Shown here piece by piece: positions 54,297 to 64,000 of a stretch of 64,000 nucleotides of DNA (the first letter of the stretch is position 1; each line of letters starts with the position of its first letter). Location: contig JAUCBJ010005047.1 in the NCBI GenBank assembly GCA_032718475.1, positions 1-64,000 of the forward strand, read 5' to 3'. The DNA comes from Nemertoderma westbladi. Its lineage: Eukaryota; Animalia; Xenacoelomorpha. Made by a program: the position numbers and the translations under genes. Below the pieces are notes generated by a model that saw only the letters and a program-made list of their open reading frames with translations, had not been told where the DNA came from and did not search any database.

Positions 54297-55249
54297 TAGG
54301 GATTATTACAACGTATTTCAGTAGGCCTATTATTAAATATGTTGTAGGCCTAATTCGTTGTTATTGTTCATATTTTACAGTTTTAATTGCGTAAATTTTA
54401 GCTGATTTGACAGTCAGGGAGATCATCAATTTTGGGGTTACCTCAAATTTCGATTTCTGGTAATAGACTGTCGAAAATTGGGGTTTTTTGTTCAAATTTG
54501 AGGTATTTTTAGGCTCATAATATCGAGTGTTGCTGCGACTTAGGGAAACTGTTGGAGCAACTTCTACTTTTAATATGTTAAAATATAATGTAAAATAAGA
54601 ACTTTTATCGATGCAATAAAATATTTCACCGATGCAAACATGCTTTTATTGGGGGCGAAAATTGAAATTTGAGGTTAAACCTCAAATTTGAGAAAAAACC
54701 TCAAATTTCGCCAGTCTTTACAACATCACCAGCTGCCAGCAGACCAGCCTGCCAGCAGTAGGGTGTAGCAGTAGGCTTTGCTGCTTAGTGCCTATAGAGC
54801 TTGGTGAGAATGGGTGACCAGTGTAACCTGTGACATGACATTACATGTATGCAGGGTAGGCTTAGCTTAACCTTACAGCACAGCAACTTACAGTCAATAA
54901 CTTTAATGATTGTTAACTCCATTAGTGATTGGCTGATTGGTGAGAATAATGCAGAAGACTAGAGAAATTCGCTATCCTTACAGCCTTACTGTTGGTAAGA
55001 AGAACAGTAGACCAAATCCTCACTGTTGCGAGATTCAAGCTCACACAGCTGCAGTCACAGACTCAGGAAGGCCTACTATATCTTGTAGATGTTGAATCAA
55101 TTCCAGAATTTGGAAGTTTACATATTCTGGCATTCATCTGTTCTGATCATCATTCACATCACACATCTTCGGAAAACAAATATGTTTTCTGGTTGTTGAT
55201 GTTCTCTTTAAAACTTTGTATATATATCAAATGAAGCCATTCCTCTCCT

Positions 55250-55830
55250 GACAGCCTGAAGACTTATGTAATATTCGCCTGCCCTAGCTCTATCTGTCAA
55301 TTGGAATACTGTACCATCATTCTTCCACAGTTTGGAGCCCATTTCTAGACAAATGTTGCCGCAAAGGTTGATGTGGTTCATACAATATATGTGAACTTGA
55401 TTATTTTGTTAGTTATTCTATACGACTGGAGACTCTAAAGTTGGAACCACTACCTACTGCAGTATGCAATAATACATCAATTAAAGTTCAATTTGATAAT
55501 GTGCTTTAAACTTATATGTAAAGATCTAAACCTGATCCTCCATTACAACAATGTGCAACATCCTCACAGACTATTTTAATATCCCAGCCAGACACCCAAT
55601 GCAATCATGACCTGGCCATATATATAAAATTATGAAGCAAAGGCCATGCCCCGCCCATCTGCCCATGTTGCCATGTCTGCATGTTCCATACATCACCTCT
55701 TCTTTATCAGGGTCATTAACATATGGAACATGCTGGACCTGGAACACAGTAGAATCATCATCATCACTAATCGCTTTTCTTTTAAACAGTCTTTAGACTC
55801 TGCTTTCTTATCAAGACATCTGAAATGTTT
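55250..55830 (+). pseudogene. Highly degenerate CR1-like LINE ORF2 C-terminal remnant
   Basis: LEYCT and LFFIRVINIWNML (FFxxRVVNxWNxL motif). Confidence 0.5.
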
Positions 55831-56101
55831 TAGAAATCTAAGTGACTGTTTGTTTATACTATGCATACATACATCCTTTTAAATTGACCTTATCACTGAC
55901 CAGAATCATTTATAACTTGGGCAAAAAGTATAACCTTTTTCACTACCCTATTCTCGAGGCTTTATCTAACCTCTGGAGTACACCTTGCAGGCACTAAAGT
56001 TGCATTGCAATAGTGTGTAGGAATGGATTTTGCTCAAATTTCGATCAAAAATTTTGATCAACACATTCAATGAAATTGTAGAAATTCCACCAAAAATATT
56101 T

Positions 56102-56363
56102 TGGCACTTGTGTCAAATCAAATACGTGACCCTCCTAATCTGCTAATCCTGAAATCACCAGCTAATCCTGAAATTTAGTGCAGGTGATATCAATATTCCT
56201 AGCACTTGTTTATTGTTTTTTGGTTACTTTCAACTCACCTCTGTAACCTGCTCCTTTGCTAACCCTGTAACCGGGCACTAGTGAAAGTAACTTTAGTTTC
56301 TAAGGTGATTTCAGGATTAGCAGATTAGGAGCTAGGAGGGTCCCCTATTTGACACAAGTGCCA
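56102..56363. mobile_element. MITE (~260 bp) with ~55-bp imperfect TIRs
   Basis: TGGCACTTGTGTCAAAT...CTCCTAATCTGCTAATCCTGAAATCACC and its reverse complement. Confidence 0.7.
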
Positions 56364-57183
56364 TGTTTTATTTTACTTTTTTTACCGGGAGAAAAAAGTA
56401 AAATCAATGCAAAATTATGGCTCTATGGTACATTATTATGTGGCAATATTATTCAATATAGGTTGCTGTGTTGCCGACTTTGCAAAAGTTGTGCCCAACA
56501 AAAAGTTACAATATTCAGATATTATGGGGACAACTTTTTCCCTACCAGTAGGGAAAAAAAGTAGGCCTACTACTTTTTCTCCCGATTTTAGGGCACATTC
56601 AAGCAAAAAAGTAACAATATAAAAATATAAGTTCTTTAAGCTCTGTACTTCGTTTTATATGTCTACCATCTGATCATACCACCCCACTCAGCCACTGCAC
56701 CACTACCAGTAGCCTTTTTAAGTATAAGCCTTTTTAAACTAATACTGATACTGAATATGTTTTAAATATTATATTTCACAACACTCAGACACTAGGCCTA
56801 CATCAGTTTATTTTTTTACCTTTGCAATACAGTTGAGTAACAAGCTAACAACTACTGAACTAAGCCAACTATGACTTCTGTCTGTATCTGACTATGCTGC
56901 TATGAAATTCAAATTTGGGGTAAAACTCAAATTTATAGAATTAACCTAACCTTGTATTAAATTTGAGGTATTTCCAAAATTGGGTCTATAATTTGAAATT
57001 TGAGGTATTCTCAAATTTGATGATCTCCCTGACTGTTTGATGTCTACCGGTAATAAAAAATTATAATTACCAGTACAATAAATTCTTCCAACAACTGGCC
57101 TAACATACCAGCATACAGACATACCACCGGTACTTGTTTTGAACTGTCTCACTGTCAGACTACTGAGAGGTACCCTACCCTAC

Positions 57184-60121
57184 GGGTATATCTTTTGCGT
57201 AGAAGTATAGCCTACATAGAGGCTTCATGTAGGTTGTAGGTATGTGTAGCCTACATGTAGATGCACGTGTAGGGCTGTAGGGTGAATGTAGGTAGGTGTA
57301 GTCCCATAGATATTAATGTAATTTATGGGTCAACTTGCAGTAACGTGATACACGGTCGTCAATCAGGATGTATGGCAATAATCTCTGATCTCCACGGTAC
57401 AATACGGTACATCAACATGCAGACCTGTCTGCTATCAGACAACAGGTTTTACTGCATACTGCAGTACTGTATAAATATCAAACATCGCGTTCTGATTATA
57501 CTAAAGTCCCTTACTCGTCATAAATATTATGCCCTAATAAATTTGAGTATGCTAACGCCACGAAAGGCATCGTTCCATTAGATTAACTCGTTCTGATTTA
57601 TATGTTTATTGAGTAAGAGTAACCTAAACAATAACAGCCATCATCGCGGGGATTATAGTCTACCATCGCAGAAACCCTGACCCCCCTCTGCCCCTCTTTA
57701 TCTGTTTATCAACCATACATCCATGGGACTTGAACAGTACTTCAGCATTGAAATGTTTTGGACGTTTTGTTTTGAAAGTAAAAATATAGAAGTCTGGAAG
57801 TTTTGTTTGTTTTAATTTTTCAGGCAGTCACATTCCACCAACCAGCAACAGTCCCATCCCTTCCCACTATCCCGCGGACCACCACACTCTGACACTGTTT
57901 CATTGTAAAGTATTCCCATCTCGATGATGGGAATTAATCAGTAATCCGATGGGATTCAAATCCCATCTCGAAGTAACAGCAAAACAATAACACGAAAGTC
58001 AATAGCTTTACAGTTATATTTGATTGCATTGAAAGTTAATAGAAAGAAAAAGTTAAATTGCATATCCATTAAAATATCATGAAATTGATACGGCAGTTTA
58101 GTAGATTAAAACGGCCACAGCAAGATTTATAAAATGAAAAATAAGTAAAATCAGCACAGCACACAATATTATCAATATAGACATTGAAGACAATTTAATA
58201 AACAAATACTATAAAAAAATATCTACTATAACAACCAATACATGATATATATAATATATATACATCAGCGACTACCATCGCCACTCTGGTTCAATCAGTC
58301 AGTCCGGTATCATTGTTAGCGTTTTGTTGAATTACCCACTCATCCTCAGACCCTCATATGGACACCGACGACAAGCTCTAACCCTAACCGTTAGTCGATT
58401 CCTCCTTGACTGGAAACATCAGGTTCGGGCCGTTCGGCCCATACAAAGTCATTAGCCTCCATGCCTGAACCCGCAGGATCATAAGATCTACAGTATGTAT
58501 CGGTATATCGTTCAGTCGTTTTTTCCTTTGTCAGTACTGTAGTATTGATAGGCTCCGTCTCGTGGGTATTCAGGGGACCCCCATTCGACGTATTCGCATC
58601 TCCTCCTGGTTGTTTCGGGTACCACGCCAGCCATATGCGCATCTCTTCGTGGTTGTTCCGGGTACCACCCCCGTTCGCCGCATTCGCATCTCATCGAGGA
58701 AGTTCGGGTCCGGGTACCCCGTGTAGGCCTATTCATTCATCATTGTTGTTTTTAAAGACCTACCTACACCTACCTACAGTCCCTATCTCATTCTGAATAT
58801 TATTTCTCAAACTGGGTATCATTTCTCAAACCTTTTAGTAATGTTAGTCAACGGAGAATTTCAGTAGGTAAGACTGGGGTAAGAGTTGAGAATTCAGAAA
58901 GATGCAGCCAGCTCAATCTAACTCAAACTAGAGTCTGGCGCCATGGTTTGAGCAAGGTTGACTTCCAACTGTGCCATGCCATACTCAGCACTACTCTTCC
59001 TGTACGGGATGGATAATTACTCTGGTTGAGTGAGGCACCACATGGGGAAGTGGCCTCTTTCTGTTGCTTGGGCTCTTGAGTTAATGGGTTGAATTACATC
59101 ATCTGCTGGCTTGGGTGTGTCTCATAAAAGATATGTCAATCACGCAGTTCCTTTCTGGGCTTTACTAAATGTATGTTGTTAACTAAACCACACTGACTTG
59201 GTCTGTTTGTAGAGAAAGTTTTAATCTGGGAATATTGTTGTGGGAAATTGGTGTTCTGTTGTCTGTCTGTTTGATGTCAATTGGTGCCTTACAAGACATA
59301 TCAGTTTAAAAATCTAATGGTTAATTAAGAATTATTAGTGCATATGGGACCTCGCAACCCCCCCCCCCCCCCCCCCTCCCATAAATATGACCCTGTCTAT
59401 AATTACAGAGGTTTCCTCTGGCCCCTTTGCCCGGTATACCCACACCCGGATGTATTGCGAATAATTGTGTTGACGATGTAATAGAGAATTAAACATTAGT
59501 AAAACATTAAAGTTAAACGTTAGAAACATTTGCGAAATATACGCGACATTAAAATAAATTTATAAAATTGGTTGGTTATATTATATGGTTATATTTTAAT
59601 GTGAAATAACGTTAATATGTTATGAGTCATACATACTTAATAAATGTAATAAAAAATTAATAAATCTTCAGTTTAATAATTTAGCATATAATTTTTTTAT
59701 TCTGAAATTTAAAAATAAATTGAGTCACTGAGTCTGCAACTTAATTCTCACTGTCTACTGGAGTTAATTACACACAAACAAATCAAGTTTAGGGCATGTT
59801 ATAACAGCAGGAGACCATCAAACCCGTAGGCAGAGTATAACAGAAGCGAGTGGGCCATTAAACACAGACAGCTTGTTGTATGAACGCTACACAGTACACA
59901 GTGCACAGTGGGTGGTTACGCGAGTTTGAGTTGGGTTTGAGTAAACCAGACAGGTTTGAGTTAGTAAGAGTGAGGTAAGAGAAAAGGTACCCAGTTTGAG
60001 AAACGGCAGCTAGAATGAGATAGGGACTGTACATTCACCCTACACGTGCATCTACATGTAGGCTACACATACCTACATGTAGCCTCTATGTAGGCTATAC
60101 CTCTACGCAAAAGATATACCC
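57184..60121. mobile_element. Non-autonomous Mutator-like element (MULE)
   Basis: ~115-bp TIRs starting GGGTATATCTTTTGCGTAG. 9-bp TSD CTACCCTAC at 57175-57183 and 60122-60130. Confidence 0.8.
58777..60029. mobile_element. Non-autonomous Tc1/mariner/pogo-type element nested in MULE right TIR
   Basis: 18-bp perfect TIR CAGTCCCTATCTCATTCT and TA TSD. The empty site is seen in the MULE left TIR (57281-57300). Confidence 0.85.
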
Positions 60122-60299
60122 CTACCCTACCCAGGCAGCCAGGGTACTGGCAGACCGGATTCTGACATAACTGCAATACCGGTATCGTCAGACCGTTTAC
60201 TACTTCAATCATTAATAGTGGGGATTTCGGTTTTCTTATTATTTTTCTTAAGGAATCGAATCCTCGTTCGATATATTTCAGTTTCCCCAAATATATGAA

Positions 60300-60745
60300 C
60301 ACATATAACAACTTAAAATCTATATTTAATATATTTGATTATTGTATAAAGAGCAACTATCGGAATGTAGGAAATTATATTATATTATTTGGTGTCCGGA
60401 GACAACACAGTCATAAAAGCGAAAATAAGTACAGATGTAAACAAGCATAAAATAATACAATTTACAGTTATAACGTGCTCATCCCCAGCGACTTATGCTA
60501 TGGCTAAAAATTGCAATTTAAAATATAGAAACACAAATAAGTAATGCTACATATTATACATATACATACGTACAAATCACATTATAAAACTATTCGGTTA
60601 TATCTCATAAAACGCAAAATCACATAAAACGGTTATATTTAAGATGGGAATTAAAATCAATGGTTAAAATATTTGTTTTAAAAGTTTCTAAAGAAGCAGA
60701 CGCGACGACACTTTCTGGCAATGAGTTCCATATCGAATATCCATA
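60300..60745 (-). mobile_element. LINE 3' end (ORF2 C-terminus + UTR)
   Basis: Minus strand encodes SIWNSLPESVVASASLETFKTNIL. The 3' boundary is uncertain. Confidence 0.6.
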
Positions 60746-60748
60746 TGG

Positions 60749-61694
60749 ATGTACTCCACAGAAACGGCTCTGATATTCGCTGATACGGTTATCCGAAAGG
60801 GAATCGATGCGGGAAAACTAACAGGCATTGTTACAATCGACCTAAAAAAGGCATTTGATACTGTAAACCACGATAACCTGTTAGAAAAACTCAAAGCGAT
60901 GGGTGCCTCACCTAAAACAAAAGAATGGTTTAGATCGTACTTAACTGGAAGAAAACAGTATGTGTCAATAGGAAATGCTAAATCTACCACACGTCCAGTA
61001 ATCCATGGAGTACCACAAGGGTCAGTCTTGGGAGTTCTATTGTTCCAGGGGAATGTCAATGACTTCCACATTGTGATTGAAGATGATACTCTTGACCCGG
61101 TATTTGCAGATGATACAAATCTAATGAAATCGGATAGAGACGCAGAAACTATATCCAAGTCATTAAGCGCTACAATGGACCGTGTTCTTGACTGGTGCAT
61201 TCAAAACAAGTTAACCATTAACTTTGACAAAACATTCGCTATTCTTATTGGATCCCACCAGCGAATTGCAGCTTCCCCGAAGTTAGAAGTATATTGTGAT
61301 GGCCGGAAGATTGAGAATGCGACATCAATTACATACCTCGGTTCTGATATAAACCAATGTTTGACTGGTATCGAAATGGCCTCCAAAGTAATCAGTAAAT
61401 GCAACAAACGCCTAAAGTTTTTGCATCGATATGGAAGTGTCTTGGATAAATTTACGCGTCATACTACCTTTTATGAACTAGTACATTTTATCAATATTTT
61501 AGCGTCCTATGTTTCACAAATTTTAACAAACCTTTAACGAATTTTATCAATCTTTTAAGAGTACTACATTTTATCAACGAACTTTCATAACTTTTTTACC
61601 TTGCGTGACTCTTTACCTAGCTTTAAATATTAGAGTATGAAAATTATTATAGGACCCTCATGGAAACGAGGTATATACCTCATGAGGCTATCCT
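60749..61694 (+). mobile_element. Truncated L2/Crack/Daphne-like LINE RT with internally deleted 3' part
   Basis: YSTETAL, IDLKKAFDTVNH, GVPQGSVLG, FADDT, TYLG and RLKFLHR (same family type as 51040-51940). 3' stem-loop at 61651-61694. Confidence 0.85.
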
Positions 61695-61708
61695 TACACC
61701 AGAACCTT

Positions 61709-62400
61709 GGAATTGGAATTGGAATTTTTTATTTCACATTAAATCAGTTAAAAACAAGCACTAAAGATAGCATTAAAATATAACATATGAAGTGTAAGGA
61801 AAAGCAAAGGCAACAAACCAATGTACAGTATGGTATTCAACATGTCCTAGAAAAAGTATTTTAACGGAAAACAGTACAAAACAAACATAGATAAATAAAA
61901 TGACCTTCAATAATTTTTAAACACCATTTACAACAATTATGGTAAGACATTTCTATTTCAGGCTTTAGGACCAACAAACTTAGTGGATACGAGATGAAAG
62001 GTGTAAGTGCAGCAACTATAAAATTATTGAAATTTTACTAAAAATTATTGTAATTATGAGAAGGAATTTAGGACCATACGAAGACAGTGGATACGAGGTG
62101 CAAGGTATAAATAAAAGAAACAACAACAGAATAATTATAAAAACGTTCGACACCAATAAAATCTATATTTTATGAACTGTATTTATTTCTATTGTCTTAC
62201 TAAAAATATTATTTACTGTAGTTATTTCTAATAAGTTTACCGCGGTAAGTTAGAAATTATAATAAATACACAATGCATATATTATATATACTGAGACTTA
62301 ATTACAGAATTAAGCAGTGATTTGGCGTCGAGGATAACCCCATGAGACTATGTCTCGTTTTCATGAGGGTCCTCACTATATCAGGAAATATTCAAATCGA
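61709..62400 (-). mobile_element. Stacked LINE 3'UTR remnants
   Basis: Minus-strand AATAAA + (ATTCCA)n tail at 61709-61735, a duplicated AGGACC...AGTGGATACGAG block, and a second stem-loop copy at 62331-62373. Confidence 0.5.
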
Positions 62401-62765
62401 TAAAGGTTCTATGAAGTTGATACATATAGTATTATAGTATGTTACATATGTACATTATTGCAAATAAGTTTAAGTCGAATTGCAATAATTTAGGAAGAAC
62501 TAAATAATATAAAACACAATTAGGCGAATAAATATAAATATTACTAATAACCATGACTAATTAATATCCATTAAGTTAAAATATTCTGGGCATAGGAGTT
62601 TCACTCATAACTTTTAGCAAGGAGTTTTCCTCCCTTCGGTTATCCCCTCCTCGTAAAATAAAATAAGAACATAAATAAAATAAAAACATAAAATAAAATA
62701 AAAACGTACTGTATATACATGAAATAGGTATTATCTTAAAAACAATCTTAAAGCATAAGAGTTTA

Positions 62766-63014
62766 TGTAGTGACATCAGGACTTCAGACTATATTATATG
62801 GCTCGCCCCATATACATAGGCCATGGGACTACTGATATATAGGACTCACGACAAACTGCAGTATTACGGTATTATTATATAGTTTGGCCTGGGGTATATC
62901 TCCGTACTGCATGCATCAGTACTGCATGCATTACCGGGATACATTTGCACTTCTGTACGTTGGCACTTATATATTATACAGCCAGATATGCTGATATATT
63001 ATTACTTTACTACA
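62766..63014 (+). mobile_element. 5' LTR of Ty3/Gypsy retrotransposon
   Basis: TGTAGTGA...TTACTACA inverted termini, immediately followed by PBS and gag. Confidence 0.8.
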
Positions 63015-63026
63015 TGGCGCTGCGAG
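63015..63026 (+). promoter_or_regulatory. Primer binding site (probably tRNA-Ser)
   Basis: TGGCGCTGCGAG directly after the LTR terminal CA. Confidence 0.7.
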
Positions 63027-63079
63027 TAGCTCTATCTACGATCCGCCGGGGATCAATATAGACTCCAGCAGCTGATACG

Positions 63080-64000
63080 ATGTCGGTCGCCGGCGACACC
63101 GAATGGCTGGACCTCACCCCGGAGGAAATACAGCAGCTGGACCGTCAGTCGCTGCTACAGTATTGTGCTGACGCCGGAGTTCATTACGACGGCCGAACTT
63201 CCACCCTAAACCTCCGCAAACGTTTAATCGCAACAATATCGGACGACACCCCCACGATCCCACGTACTCCGGATTTCGCGATGATCCTCGCTAAACAACA
63301 GGCGGACTCGGATGCTCGCCTGGCTGCGGTTCTCGAGCAGACCGAGGTCCGCATGGCGGAGCAACAGGCCCGATCCGACGCCCGGTTAATGGACCTCCTT
63401 GCCCAACTGGGTCGCCCCAACCCAGTTGATCCAGCAGTTGAACCTGCCGCCGGAGCAGCCGCCGCCGCTGCACCGGTAAACCGACGGCGTCTCATCGACG
63501 TCACAAACCTTGACAGACTCGACACTACCGTCGACCTGCCCGCTTTCCGCCGTTGGCGGAAAAGCTGGGATGTTAATGGACGTCGCCAGCAGGCGGAAAC
63601 TTACCCGCGTGGGGAGCAAGTTTACGCCCTTATCTCTGCCCTCGGTTCTGACCTACAGGAGGTCGTGTCAGTCACCCTCCACATCGACCTGAACAGCGTC
63701 GATACAACCACCGAACGAATTCTCGATGGACTGCAGGCCCACCTCCGCTCCAAACGGAGCATCGCCTTGGACCGCCTCGCATTCCATAAACCTTTAAACG
63801 TCGACAGGGGCCCCAGGAACCCTTTGACGCGTTCCACGTCTCGTTGGTGGAATTAGCGGATAACGCCGAACTCTGCAACCACTGCAGAGAAAACCAAATC
63901 GTGACACAGATTCTGGTCGGACTAAATTCCGCCGAAACCCAAACCGAACTGTTGAAGGTACTTCCCCAACCCACCCTCGAGGACTGCATAAAAATATGCC
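63080..64000 (+). pseudogene. gag: Gypsy gag, frameshifted near 63791, truncated by window end
   Basis: GC-rich ORF with FRRWRKSW...DRLAFHK, continuing in another frame as RRQGPQEPFDAFHVSLVELADNAELCNHC...ILVGL...LLK...PTLEDCIKIC (gag capsid-like pattern). Confidence 0.8.

Larger units (their letters stand above)
54411..57035. mobile_element. Candidate composite TIR element
   Basis: 19-bp perfect inverted repeat CAGTCAGGGAGATCATCAA with TTTGA direct repeats outside. CTCAAATTT motifs lie subterminally at both ends. Confidence 0.5.

Noticed and set aside
60690-61460. Twin-priming inversion of one LINE
   Set aside because: The minus-strand WNSLPESVV tail appears to be from a different LINE family than the plus-strand RT; cannot be supported without consensus sequences.

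Overview
This is animal (metazoan) genomic DNA, AT-rich and dominated by repeats. It holds three host-gene signals: (1) an intronless EMC8/EMC9 gene (13437-14126, +); (2) a complete TOR kinase (mTOR, ~2552 aa, - strand) encoded by only two coding exons, one of them 7 kb; (3) a single, well-spliced 129-bp exon of a TBC1D1/TBC1D4 (AS160/pollux) RabGAP gene (18211-18339, +) whose neighbouring exons I cannot find in the window. EMC8/9 and mTOR may therefore be nested in giant introns of that gene. About 40% of the window is five unrelated tandem arrays (65, 39, 60/64, 91 and 64 bp units). The 9-kb 65-bp array is an amplified piece of the C-terminal coding region of a LINE reverse transcriptase. 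The rest is a mosaic of LINE fragments (RTE and CR1/L2/Crack-like), a tRNA-type SINE, a spacerless 1.17-kb palindrome, non-autonomous DNA transposons with recognisable TIRs/TSDs (MULE-, Tc1/mariner- and Ginger1-like), and the 5' LTR, PBS and gag of a Ty3/Gypsy element. TACCGGTA and TAGGCCTA octamers are strikingly frequent and look like transposon excision footprints. Family assignments come from motif recognition by eye, not database searches.
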